From assembly GCA_024279495.1 (NCBI GenBank), contig JAJRRL010000003.1, positions 71,661 through 135,660 of the forward strand: a stretch of 64,000 nt of DNA, read 5' to 3'. The notes beneath the pieces were generated by a model. The model saw only the letters and a list, made by a program, of their open reading frames with translations, was not told the origin of the DNA and made no database searches. Within the stretch, counting starts at the first letter, position 1. Every line of letters starts with the position of its first letter. Shown here piece after piece: positions 48,890 to 58,505 of this stretch. The position numbers and the translations under genes were made by a program. The DNA is from Gammaproteobacteria bacterium (GTDB lineage: Bacteria; Pseudomonadota; Gammaproteobacteria; JAJRRL01).

Positions 48890-50977
48890 TTAGATCGCAG
48901 GGCTACTGCTATTGAACGTTTGCACAAAATGCTCGCAACCTTGGATGATGTTCGTAGCCTGTTTGGCCAGAGGAGTTTTTGCAAAGGTATTGATGTGTCC
49001 GTTCTTAGCGACTACAGCTGGCCAAATGGTGAGCAGCGCTATCACGCAAGAGGCAGCCAAGAGAATGCCAAAAGTTAAAGGATCTTGCCCGCTTATTAAG
49101 AAAAAGGCGCCAGAAGCAGCGCCACCTACGCCAACAAGTGCGCAAAGCACAGCGCCAACAATAGCCCCGCAACGTTTTTTTTCTCGACCTTCAAAGCTCT
49201 TAAATGATTTGTTAAAGTCGATTAGCTCTTTAATGGGCGTAGCAAGTTCAGGAGTGTCTGGTTTTGCTTTTTCTGTATTTGGAGGGTTAGCGTAGGAAGC
49301 TGGTAGCCTCTCGACATAAGGTTTCGCGTTATTAATAACCACCTGAACCAAGGGGTTAATGTGCTCTTTCACAAATGCCCGATACTCGTTGATCCTTTTT
49401 AAAATGATACCGTCATCAGATAGAGGTTCGGATGATTTGTCTTGCTCTAAAGTGCTCAGTGTTACAAATTGCTCCCGCAGTGCTCCCGCGCCGGAGTTTT
49501 TGTTTGATCCAATGACTTCATCGAAGTCGGTTAAAAGTTTTTTTTCTGAGGAAGGAATAAACTCTCGGATGACGGCTGCTTGAGCTAGTGTTAGAGTAGT
49601 AAGCTTTTTAATAGTGCGAAACTTTGTTGTGCTAAACTCTTTATCTGTCAAGCTCCTTTTCCGAGGAGTAGCTAATGCTGGTAGCTCGGCGGAGCTCTTT
49701 TTTCGACTGATTCTGCTTAGACGTTTGGATTCTATTTGAGTGGTATCAATAGTCTGACTTAGCCGAGAAGAGAGGGTGGTGTTGTTTTGTGAATTTGCAT
49801 GGTCTTGCCATTTTTGCATGGTTTCCAGATACGATGCTCCGTAGCACAGTGCATTCACGATAGCATCAACATCAGAGCAGATGCCTGTTTCTGCCATTTG
49901 CTTTGTGCGAGCGTCTGCCCACGACCGACAAGCCTCGTAATCAATGCCAAGCAAAGGCCTGTGATTTTCTCTATCGAATAGTTCACTGATCACATAGGCT
50001 AGGCGTAACCTTTCCCAATCGCGAGGGTCTTTATTAGCAAACTCTTTATAGAAAGTCTTTTTTAATCGATAGGAACTTGGGCCTAAGTCAATGACGCGAA
50101 GATCACCTTTCTCGTTTGCCATCAAATTATCTGGTTTGGTATCCCAGACTGTTAACTTTGCCGCTTGAGATAATGCGTAAGAGGATAGTAAATTCACAAC
50201 TAGATTTATTGTTGCCTCAGGAGAAAGTAAAAAGTTCACTTGTCTTTTTTTGAGGATATCTAAGAAAGTAAAGGCAGCGTTACTGTTTTCACTTTTTTGA
50301 TTTAGATTGGGCAAGGTGGAAAGAACGCACTGTCGGTTTTTTTTTTGCGTTGATTCAGATATCGCCTTAAACAAGGCCGGTAGGGCGGAAACCATGGACT
50401 CTGGGTTTGTTTCATGAGGTGTTTTTAGAGCTTGAAAGATGCTGGAAAGTGTATCCTTTTTTTGGGCCTCATTAAGAATTGACTCAAGTGCAAGACGGAA
50501 CCTAGCTGCCAAGACAGTGTCAACGGTTTCAAAGCCCCCATTTTCTTGGTGACATAAATTGGGCTGGATGGCAATGATGGGATTTCGTTCACTCATTATG
50601 GGTGCTTCAATAACAATATTTTTAATTTTATTTGCTAGTTCTGCGTTGCTTGCTTCATCAAGGACCGAAGGAAGCTCCCTGAGGACTTGTGTCATTACCT
50701 CTGGTTCTAGATAATGTTCAAAAGAAAAGTTTTCGCCTAATCGAGCGAAGTTATCCATTCGTTCAGGTAGTATGTCTTCAACCTCTTTAGGAACGATGCA
50801 GGTATTATAGATTAGTAAGGCATAGCGTGAGTCATCCGAAAGAATAACGCCTTTTTCTATCCCAGATCTTGGCTCTTTATCGCTTTTCAAAAGGGTACGT
50901 ACAATGTCTAAAAATTCTTTTGCAGTTAGGCCTGATAATTTGAGTTCTGGCGGTTTTGATGATTCGGTGCCTGGCAT
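48890..50977 (-). CDS. Atypical protein-kinase-like protein with C-terminal TM hairpin; candidate effector
   Basis: VWDTKPDNLM catalytic loop (DxKxxN) and VIDLG; two C-terminal hydrophobic helices. Confidence 0.7.
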   Translation of the reverse strand: MPGTESSKPPELKLSGLTAKEFLDIVRTLLKSDKEPRSGIEKGVILSDDSRYALLIYNTCIVPKEVEDILPERMDNFARLGENFSFEHYLEPEVMTQVLRELPSVLDEASNAELANKIKNIVIEAPIMSERNPIIAIQPNLCHQENGGFETVDTVLAARFRLALESILNEAQKKDTLSSIFQALKTPHETNPESMVSALPALFKAISESTQKKNRQCVLSTLPNLNQKSENSNAAFTFLDILKKRQVNFLLSPEATINLVVNLLSSYALSQAAKLTVWDTKPDNLMANEKGDLRVIDLGPSSYRLKKTFYKEFANKDPRDWERLRLAYVISELFDRENHRPLLGIDYEACRSWADARTKQMAETGICSDVDAIVNALCYGASYLETMQKWQDHANSQNNTTLSSRLSQTIDTTQIESKRLSRISRKKSSAELPALATPRKRSLTDKEFSTTKFRTIKKLTTLTLAQAAVIREFIPSSEKKLLTDFDEVIGSNKNSGAGALREQFVTLSTLEQDKSSEPLSDDGIILKRINEYRAFVKEHINPLVQVVINNAKPYVERLPASYANPPNTEKAKPDTPELATPIKELIDFNKSFKSFEGREKKRCGAIVGAVLCALVGVGGAASGAFFLISGQDPLTFGILLAASCVIALLTIWPAVVAKNGHINTFAKTPLAKQATNIIQGCEHFVQTFNSSSPAI

Positions 50978-51059
50978 GGGTCATTCCCTGTGATTGCAAT
51001 CAGGTTTTTAGTTTATCATGGTGCTTTGAAAGTAAGACCTGTCGGGTTGCCTTAACTCT

Positions 51060-51536
51060 TTATGTTTCAGAGTGTTTATAGTAAGCAGGGTGGTTGGGTT
51101 TCACAGCAACAAAATCGCCATGCGCCGTGGCGCAAAGTGTGTCGCCAGCATAGAGAGAGGCCTCTATGTGTGCGCATCGTTTCGAATCATTTATGGTGAC
51201 GCAGTGAGCCACTAAGCGTAAGGCTTGATCCATTGGAGTTGGTTTTTTGAGTGCGATTGTATAAGTGGCAGTGACGGTGCATGGAGGGGTGCTTTCACCG
51301 TTTGCTTGCATCAAAGCCCAGGCCGCTGTCCAGTTGCAATGACAGTCCAGGATAGAGCCGATAATGCCACCATTTAATACATCAGGAAAAGCATGGTGAT
51401 GTGCTTCAGGTTTCCAAAGCGCGACCACAGAATCACCCTCAACGATGCTTTTAAGATGCAAGCCATGAGGGTTTTTTGGTCCGCAGCCAAAACATTCGCT
51501 TTCTGGGGTAAATTGTTCTTGTAAACTTTGGGTCAT
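51060..51536 (-). CDS. PaaI/hotdog-fold thioesterase
   Basis: CFGCGPKNPHGL, LNGGIIGSILDCH, CTVTA; AGGAG RBS before ATG 51536. Confidence 0.88.
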   Translation of the reverse strand: MTQSLQEQFTPESECFGCGPKNPHGLHLKSIVEGDSVVALWKPEAHHHAFPDVLNGGIIGSILDCHCNWTAAWALMQANGESTPPCTVTATYTIALKKPTPMDQALRLVAHCVTINDSKRCAHIEASLYAGDTLCATAHGDFVAVKPNHPAYYKHSET

Positions 51537-51556
51537 GGGGCTTCTCCTGTCAGACT

Positions 51557-51816
51557 TGTCACCCCCAGAAACGCAGTGACGTTGGGGGTCTAGTTTTAAT
51601 CCTGTTCGCATACAATGCAAACTAAGGATCTTTCTAAATTAAGCAGCAAACACCTTCAAAAATCAACTTGTAGAATGACACTCATATTGCTAAAAGCAGT
51701 GTAGAGAGCTAAACTTACAGCAGAGTTAGGGTTTAATTATAAAGATGTCTAGTTTTGCGTTGCAAAACGAAATCGTAACTGGCTCCCCGACGTCACGAAA
51801 GTTCCTGGGGATGACA
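51557..51816. repeat. Inverted-pair REP-like element filling the gap between divergent genes
   Basis: TGTCACCCCCAG...CCTGGGGATGACA. Confidence 0.85.
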
Positions 51817-51833
51817 CGGAGCAGGAGAGGCAC

Positions 51834-52763
51834 ATGATTCTATCCATTTTTATTTTTGTATGCGCAGTTGCTTTGCTTGCTTGGGCTGCGGATCGTTTTG
51901 TCGTGTCATCGATTGCCATGGCCAGGCGTTGGCATTGGCCTCCTGTGGTGATTGGTGTGGTCTTAGTGGGTTTCGGTACTTCTTTTCCTGAGCTTCTTGT
52001 CTCCTTATCTGCTAGCTGGCAAGGTCAAGCCACGATTGCTGTTGCTAATGTAGTGGGTTCCAATATTGCTAATATGGCTTTAATTGGTGGCTGCGTTTGC
52101 TTGTGCTTTTCGCTGGTGGTCTCTAAGCGAGTGTGGTGCCATGATTTACCTGTTTTTTTAGGTCTCAGTGCATTTGCTGGTTTAGTATTATGGTTGTTTG
52201 GTTTGAGCGTTATCACAGGGTGTGTGTTATTGCTCTTGCTTTGCATTGTTTTATGGGATGCGCTTCGCTCTGGGGAGAGGTCAGAACCTTTGCCTGACGA
52301 TAGTCATCCTCCCATAAAGAAAACCATTTTTTGGTGGGTGCTTTCTTTGGTGCTTTTGTTTATTAGCGCAGAAGTGTTGGTGCGCACAGCTGTGAGCGTG
52401 GCTCATCAATGGGGTTGGAGTGATTGGCTGATTGGTGTGACAGTAGTGACGTTAGGCACCTCGTTGCCAGAGCTTGCAACCACCATCATGAGTGCGCGGC
52501 GTGGTCACGATGATGTGGCGCTTGGGCATTTGTTGGGGTCAAATTTATTCAACACGACTGCCGTTTTAGCGATGCCTGCTTTTTTTGCGCATAAACACGT
52601 ATCGTTAACGACATTGCCGCGTGATTGGCTGATCATGATGGCTATGGGGCTTTTGTTTGGTTTTCTTTTTTTCTTGGTTCGAAAAAAGCCGCGCTGCCCT
52701 CGTTGGGTTGGCGCGATATTGTTGATTGTTTATGCTGCTTATATGTGGGTTGTGGTGTCTTAA
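51834..52763 (+). CDS. Calcium/sodium antiporter (YrbG/CaCA family)
   Basis: GTSFPE/GSNIAN and GTSLPE/GSNLFN alpha repeats. Confidence 0.93.
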   Translation: MILSIFIFVCAVALLAWAADRFVVSSIAMARRWHWPPVVIGVVLVGFGTSFPELLVSLSASWQGQATIAVANVVGSNIANMALIGGCVCLCFSLVVSKRVWCHDLPVFLGLSAFAGLVLWLFGLSVITGCVLLLLLCIVLWDALRSGERSEPLPDDSHPPIKKTIFWWVLSLVLLFISAEVLVRTAVSVAHQWGWSDWLIGVTVVTLGTSLPELATTIMSARRGHDDVALGHLLGSNLFNTTAVLAMPAFFAHKHVSLTTLPRDWLIMMAMGLLFGFLFFLVRKKPRCPRWVGAILLIVYAAYMWVVVS

Positions 52764-52771
52764 ATTGACTT

Positions 52772-52900
52772 TGTCATCCCCAGGAATGTAATGACGTCGG
52801 GGACCCAGGCTTCGATCCGTTGTTACGAAGTAACAACTAGCGATCTTTAAAAATCCAGCCCCAACATTATTGTGAGCTCAAATCTGCAGGCTGCTTTTAG
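52772..52900 (+). repeat. REP-like left arm
   Basis: TGTCATCCCCAGGAA..GACGTCGGGGACCC..GTTGTTACGAAGTAACAAC. Confidence 0.85.
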
Positions 52901-52918
52901 AAAAAAATCAAATACTCA

Positions 52919-54079
52919 TTAAATCCAATACTTAATGTACAAAACAAATTTTCCCAACAAGCGTTTATACCAACGCCTTTGTTTTTCCCAAGCGCTGAGA
53001 GTGATTTCGCGGGCTTGTTTTAAGTCATTTTGAAAGAGTTCGATAAGGCATCGCTTGCTTTCTTCTTGACGAAGATTGATATCGACCTCTAAATCATGTT
53101 TAACACTTCGGTAATTTAAATTGCTAGAACCCACAAGCATCCAGTCGTCAAGGATCAATGACTTTGCATGCAACATGCTGGGTAGGTATTCAAAAATACG
53201 TACACCGGATCGGATTAAGCTGGTATAGAAGGTTCGGCTTGCCCAAGGCATCACAAACACATCTGATTTTCGAGGTAATAAAATACGAACATCACAACCA
53301 CGTTTGGCTGCGTCGCGAAGGCGTTTTAATAAGTAATTGTCTGGTAAGAAATAAGCATTAGTGATCCAGAGTCGATTTTCACAGTGGCTGATTTTTCGCA
53401 GCAAATGTTTGTACATGATTCGACGACGTTGACGTGTGTGGTTTAGCCTGAAAAAAGGCTCTTTTCGGCGTATTTGTTTGAATAATTCTCGCAGACGCTC
53501 TCGAATGGTTTGGTATTCCCAGGCGCTTTCAAAAGCTAAATTGATGTCTTTGCAGTCAGCACCTTGAATGCGTACAGAGGTATCGCGCCAATTGCTGCCG
53601 CCGTCAGAAGAAGGCAGGTGAACTTGTCGAATGTTGAAGCTGCCAACATACACGATATGTTGATCGATGATGCATACTTTACGATGATTTCTGGAGTTGG
53701 ACTTGAGTAGTAAGACTAAACCTTTGAGTATCCAAGGGTGGCGAATTGTGGAGCGTGCCCAGTTTCGTAGTTGCCAAGGCAGGGGGTGAAAGACTTTGGT
53801 TTCGATGCCAGCTTTTTCAAGGGTACGAGCGTATTGGCTGCTCCAAAGAGGGGAGCCTACGCCATCGACTAGTACGCGGGTAGTGACTCCTCTACTGGCT
53901 GCGTCAAGCAGTGCGTTAGCAATGCGGTCGCCGATGATATCTTTGTCGAAACCGTAACTTCCAAGATCGATGGAGTGTTGAGCTTGGTTGATATCGTTGA
54001 TCAAGGCGCTAAAATGTTGGCCTCCTTCAGAGAAGATGGTTTCGCTGGCTATGATGGCATCATGTGTTGGAGTGATCAT
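52919..54079 (-). CDS. cls: Cardiolipin synthase (ClsB-like, PLD superfamily)
   Basis: Two HKD motifs, HRKVCIID and HAKSLILD; GSSNL; WRDT. Confidence 0.9.
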   Translation of the reverse strand: MITPTHDAIIASETIFSEGGQHFSALINDINQAQHSIDLGSYGFDKDIIGDRIANALLDAASRGVTTRVLVDGVGSPLWSSQYARTLEKAGIETKVFHPLPWQLRNWARSTIRHPWILKGLVLLLKSNSRNHRKVCIIDQHIVYVGSFNIRQVHLPSSDGGSNWRDTSVRIQGADCKDINLAFESAWEYQTIRERLRELFKQIRRKEPFFRLNHTRQRRRIMYKHLLRKISHCENRLWITNAYFLPDNYLLKRLRDAAKRGCDVRILLPRKSDVFVMPWASRTFYTSLIRSGVRIFEYLPSMLHAKSLILDDWMLVGSSNLNYRSVKHDLEVDINLRQEESKRCLIELFQNDLKQAREITLSAWEKQRRWYKRLLGKFVLYIKYWI

Positions 54080-54347
54080 CGTCAACCTCATGAATTTTCA
54101 GGCGATTGGCCTTGGCAAATGCTAGCACGGTATGGTATAGGTCAGGGTTTGAAGTCCGAAGCGCTTCATCTAGAATAACGCACTTTCTTCCATCCTTGTA
54201 TGTGGGTTGCAGCATGGGCGAGTAAACCAATCGACGGTGATGCGTTCGTCCAGCTTTTCCGCTCATGCGCTCAGCCCAATCACTTGGGCGGAAAGTCTCA
54301 CCGCTTTCGGTGACGCCCTCGATGATAATTTTCTTATGTGTGGTCAT
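54060..54347 (-). CDS. DUF3579-family protein
   Basis: IEGVT..G.TFRPSDWAER signature. Confidence 0.85.
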   Translation of the reverse strand: MTTHKKIIIEGVTESGETFRPSDWAERMSGKAGRTHHRRLVYSPMLQPTYKDGRKCVILDEALRTSNPDLYHTVLAFAKANRLKIHEVDDDHSNT

Positions 54348-54434
54348 GGTACCGTCTTAACAGCATGGGGATCTGTGTTATAGTGTTGCCAGATAGTATA
54401 GTAATTTTCTGTCAACAACCAGAGGCTAAATCAG

Positions 54435-55205
54435 ATGGTAAATCAGTCACAAGGCAAGATTCGCTCTCATGGTATCTACTTACTTCCCAACCTCTTGACC
54501 TTAGCCGGTTTTTTCGCAGCTTTTTATGCTGTGGTCGCGGCCATGCATGGTCGTTATGAGCAAGCAGCGATTGCTATTTTAGTTGCTATGGTGATGGATG
54601 GGCTCGATGGCTCTGTTGCTCGTATGATTCACGCCTCTTCTGAGTTTGGTAAACAATTAGACAGTTTGGCAGATATAGTGTCTTTTGGCTTGGCCCCTGC
54701 CATGGTCCTTTATAGTTGGTCGCTTCAGCATGCAGGAAAAATAGGCTGGTTAACTGCCTTTCTTTATGCCGCTTGTTCTGCTTTGCGTTTGGCCCGTTTT
54801 AATGCGCAACCAGCAATGCGTCATTTCCAAGGTTTATCCACAACCATGGCAGCTGCTTTTATTGCCACCGGTGTTTGGGCTTTATCTTCTTTTCCAAATT
54901 GGGGGGCGCAGCATACATTTTGGATAATGGGAGCTACCGTACTGTTAAGCTTGCTGAAAGTGAGTAGTATTCGTTACGAGAGTCTGAAGGGTTTGGATTT
55001 GAGTGGTAAAGTACCTTTCATGGCCATTTTTGCTCTTGTCTTGGTGTTAGTTCTTGTTGCTTTAGATCCGCAGCATGTGTTGTTTGGTATGGTTACCCTC
55101 TATGTGCTGTCTGGCCCCGTGATGGCTGTGGTTCGCTTGGTTGGTTATCGTCGTAAGAAGAAAGCTAAAGTTGATTTGAGAGTTGTGAAGTTGAAGAAAA
55201 GTTAG
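54435..55205 (+). CDS. pssA: CDP-diacylglycerol-serine O-phosphatidyltransferase
   Basis: GIYLLPNLLT, DGLDG..AR, FGKQLDSLADIVSFG, ALRLARFN. Confidence 0.95.
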   Translation: MVNQSQGKIRSHGIYLLPNLLTLAGFFAAFYAVVAAMHGRYEQAAIAILVAMVMDGLDGSVARMIHASSEFGKQLDSLADIVSFGLAPAMVLYSWSLQHAGKIGWLTAFLYAACSALRLARFNAQPAMRHFQGLSTTMAAAFIATGVWALSSFPNWGAQHTFWIMGATVLLSLLKVSSIRYESLKGLDLSGKVPFMAIFALVLVLVLVALDPQHVLFGMVTLYVLSGPVMAVVRLVGYRRKKKAKVDLRVVKLKKS

Positions 55206-55345
55206 GGCTATTTTTTATTTCCCCTACGTTGCCTGTGCCGGCGAAAGCCGATGTCAGCTTCGCTGAAACGAAATTATAAAGATGGGTCCTCGACGTCACT
55301 ATGTTCCTGAGGATGGCAAAAGGCTGGGGCTATTTTATTTTTGGC
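55197..55345 (-). repeat. Degenerate REP-like locus overlapping the pssA stop
   Basis: GTTAGGGCTATTTT module twice; GGGTCCTCGACGTCAC..TTCCTGAGGATG. Confidence 0.7.
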
Positions 55346-55456
55346 TGTGACACAGGTGTTTGATTGCTGAGTATCGCAGCGCAAGGTTGTTCTATTAGGT
55401 AAATCGTTCATTAAGAATGAAAAAGTAATTTTTCAAAGTGAGCAGTGACTCACTTA

Positions 55457-55532
55457 TGGTGTCCCCAAGGGGATTCGAACCCCTGTTGCCGCCGTGAAAG
55501 GGCAGTGTCCTAGGCCTCTAGACGATGGGGAC
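55457..55532 (-). tRNA. tRNA-Glu(TTC)
   Basis: GTCCCCATCGTCTAGAGGCCTAGGA..CTTTCAC..GGTTCGAATCC..ACCA. Confidence 0.97.
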
Positions 55533-55567
55533 CTGTTGGACTACTCGAGTGCAAGCTTTTGCTAGTC

Positions 55568-55643
<76 letters not shown>

Positions 55644-55792
55644 GAGTGAGAAAGCCATTCTATGTGTGGGACAATTAACTGTCAAGCCCTTTTTCGGAAG
55701 AAGGATCGTAACATTTAGAGCGCCCCTTATATTGCATACTCACGAGCCATTAGATAGAATACTTGTGATGAGTTTATTTTGGAGAGGAAATT

Positions 55793-56812
55793 ATGAGCAA
55801 AAACAATCCGACTCAAGGCAAAATGGTAACGTCATTCGATTCTGCTGGTTTGAATCCTGAGGCTGTTAGAGCCATTCAGCAGACTTTAGAAAAGCAACAA
55901 AATCTCCATGCGCAATATAAGCCAGGTTTTGACTTGATTGAGCAAGAAAAAGAGGGCAATCCCTCTAAGTATGCTGATATCCAGCAACCCGTGGCGGTTT
56001 CATTGTCGGTTTGTCCAAACATGCATATCAGCACGGTTTCTTATAAAATTGCCAAAACAGCTGATTGGGCGTCATCAGAAAAAAGGCGCATATACAGCAT
56101 TTTCCCATCATCTTTGAACAAGGAAGAGAAACGTTCGGCTAAAGGAAGGCTGTTTGGTTTGATGTCTCAGACTCACGAGCAGAGAATGGATGATTTGCTC
56201 GAGGCTTGGGTGTTTAATAAGGAAGAAGCGCAAGAGACGCATCGCATGTTTAGGGTTTTATGGTCAGGAATTCAAGATCGAGTATCAACTGATAATAGCG
56301 GTGAAAAAGAGCTTTACAAAAAGGCAGATGCTTTTGTTGTTCAGCTCGATAATCAATGGCGCTTTGTTTCCAAAAAAGAGCTGGTAGAATATAAAAAATT
56401 GTTCGATACACTAGAAACTGTTATAAAAAACAGACAGAAAGCAGGCCCCAACGCGAGGCATGGTTTTCTGGTTGCTGCCACAGTTTTGGGCGTAGGCCTT
56501 CCTTTTGGTGGCTTTATTATTGGTTGCTATATAAGCATGATTCTCAATGCGTCTCGTGACCTTTTCGACAAGGTGCTTACAAATCCTGCTTGCTATGGAA
56601 CAGTAGCTGCTCTAGTGGGTATTGCTCTGATTCTGGTGATTGTCGGAAATGTTATGGCTTGCCAGAAAAAAGTAAAAGCGCCCCAACGCTATCCGTTTCC
56701 AGATAATGTGCGGGCATGGTGTAAAGAACAATCTGATAAGGATGTGCTTGTTGGTACACGAATATCTGGTCCCACGATTCTTACTGAAGCTCCAGCCCTT
56801 ATTTTAGTTTAG
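55793..56812 (+). CDS. Distant fifth member of the 28-33 kb orphan family
   Basis: QTHEQRMD, KKADAFVVQLD..VSKKELVEY, GVGLP, TNPACY, YPFP..V..W; TTGCAT-N17-TAGAAT promoter. Confidence 0.8.
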   Translation: MSKNNPTQGKMVTSFDSAGLNPEAVRAIQQTLEKQQNLHAQYKPGFDLIEQEKEGNPSKYADIQQPVAVSLSVCPNMHISTVSYKIAKTADWASSEKRRIYSIFPSSLNKEEKRSAKGRLFGLMSQTHEQRMDDLLEAWVFNKEEAQETHRMFRVLWSGIQDRVSTDNSGEKELYKKADAFVVQLDNQWRFVSKKELVEYKKLFDTLETVIKNRQKAGPNARHGFLVAATVLGVGLPFGGFIIGCYISMILNASRDLFDKVLTNPACYGTVAALVGIALILVIVGNVMACQKKVKAPQRYPFPDNVRAWCKEQSDKDVLVGTRISGPTILTEAPALILV

Positions 56813-57189
56813 GCTTTAATAGCCACCATGCTTATTTCTACCCGCGCTTGCTTTGGTAAGCCTGCTACTGCAATGGTGGCTCGAGCGGGATGGTGATTAC
56901 CAAAAAAATACGCATAAGCAGTATTCACCTCATCAAAAAAACACATGTCTGTTAAGTAGATAGTGGTGTTAATCACATTTGTTTTTTTGCATTCAGCCGC
57001 CTCTAGAACAGCTAAACTGTTGGCTAAAGCTTGTTTTGTCTCAAGCTTTAAAGAGTCTTGGCAAAGCAGCCCTGTATTTGGGTTTAAGCCAATTTGGCCA
57101 GATAAAAAAACCACATTATCGTGGATCATACCCTGGCTGTAGGCGCCAATCGGGGTGGGGGCTTTGGGTGTGCTAATAGGTTTGGGCAT
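56809..57189 (-). CDS. ridA: RidA/YjgF family enamine deaminase
   Basis: APTPIGAYSQ, FLSGQIG, HPARA, LPKQARVEI. Confidence 0.92.
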   Translation of the reverse strand: MPKPISTPKAPTPIGAYSQGMIHDNVVFLSGQIGLNPNTGLLCQDSLKLETKQALANSLAVLEAAECKKTNVINTTIYLTDMCFFDEVNTAYAYFFGNHHPARATIAVAGLPKQARVEISMVAIKA

Positions 57190-57299
57190 GGTGTGTTTCC
57201 TCTTGGGTCCATTGGACTATCCATGTTATGACACATACTGGGTAACGCCTAGGATTTGATGTATACTCCTACGCCACCATATATACTTTGGGAGATCCT

Positions 57300-58220
57300 G
57301 TGAGTCACGCCTTTGAGCGCCTTAAAAAGCGCAGCCCTCAAAAACGCGCTATCAACCCTTATGTGCATGCATCCGGTTATCGTTTTGTGACTATTGCCGA
57401 AGAGTTGTTGGTCGATTATCGCCAACGCCTTTTAGCCAAGGCTAAGTCTTTGTCTTTGAGGGGTTCTTTGTTGTTAGGCACAGAAGGTTTGAACATGTAT
57501 GTGTCGGGAACAGACGACGCGGTGGAAGCTTTCCAGGCCTATCTAGATACCTATCCCTGTTTTCATGAGTTTTCGCTTAAATGGAGCTATTGTAAAGAGC
57601 AGCCTTACAACCGAATGTTGGTTCGTATTAAAAATGAAATCGTGACTATGGGTTGTGATGGCGTGTGTCCTCAGAATTCATCAGCACCGTATGTGACGCC
57701 AGAGCAATTGAAAGCCATGCTTGATAACAAAGAAGAGTTTATCTTGCTCGACGCTCGAAACGACTACGAAGTGGCTTTGGGTACCTTCGATGGGGCGGAA
57801 GTATTTGAGATGGCCTCTTTTCGTGAATTCCCCGATAAAATTCAAGAGAAAAAGCAGGACTGGGTAGGTAAAAAAATCGTGACCTTCTGCACAGGTGGAA
57901 TCCGTTGTGAAAAAGCAGGGCCTTACTTGCTAGCGCAAGGTTTTGAGGATGTGTATCAACTAGAGGGCGGTATTTTAAAATACTTTGAGCATTGTGGTTC
58001 TGCGCATTATCATGGTGAGTGCTTTGTGTTTGATAAGCGAGTAGCTGTAGATACAGACCTTAAAGAGACAGAAACCATTCAATGTTACGCTTGTCGCATG
58101 CCTTTAACAAAAGAGATGCAGGTTGCTGATTTAAGTTCTATGACTTGTCCGCATTGCGGCGGCTTGCCTTTACTTGGTAAGCGAGTGTCTGAGGGTGCTG
58201 GGCTTGCAGTAGCTGGTTAG
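57300..58220 (+). CDS. trhO: tRNA uridine(34) hydroxylase (UPF0176 rhodanese)
   Basis: EGLN, KNEIV, DARNDYE, FCTGGIRCEK, LEGGILKY, CFVFDKR. Confidence 0.92.
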   Translation: MSHAFERLKKRSPQKRAINPYVHASGYRFVTIAEELLVDYRQRLLAKAKSLSLRGSLLLGTEGLNMYVSGTDDAVEAFQAYLDTYPCFHEFSLKWSYCKEQPYNRMLVRIKNEIVTMGCDGVCPQNSSAPYVTPEQLKAMLDNKEEFILLDARNDYEVALGTFDGAEVFEMASFREFPDKIQEKKQDWVGKKIVTFCTGGIRCEKAGPYLLAQGFEDVYQLEGGILKYFEHCGSAHYHGECFVFDKRVAVDTDLKETETIQCYACRMPLTKEMQVADLSSMTCPHCGGLPLLGKRVSEGAGLAVAG

Positions 58221-58232
58221 CTACCCTCTATT

Positions 58233-58505
58233 TGTCACCCGAAGACAGCAACGTGACGTCGGGGGCCTAGGCTTGATCCGTTGTTACAAGGTAACAACTA
58301 GGGTCTTTCTCTCTTCTGCGTGTCACCCCAAGGCAACGAAGTGACGTCGGGGGCCTAGGCTTGATCCGTTGTTACAAGGTAACAACTAAGGTCTTTCTCT
58401 CTTCTGCGTGTCACCCCCAGGAACTTTCGTGACGTCGGGGGCCTAGGCTTGATCCGTTGTTACAAGGTAACAACTAGGGTCTTTCAATATTGAGCCCTAA
58501 CATTA
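58233..58505 (+). repeat. Three tandem 88-bp REP-like units
   Basis: Units start at 58233, 58321 and 58409; near-identical except a ~13-nt variable segment. Confidence 0.92.

Noticed and set aside
58233-58505. CRISPR array (constant repeat plus variable segment); likewise 43144-43480
   Set aside because: The constant part is 75-100 bp and the variable part only ~13 nt, and it recurs at dispersed loci. No cas genes are present. It belongs to the REP-like family.
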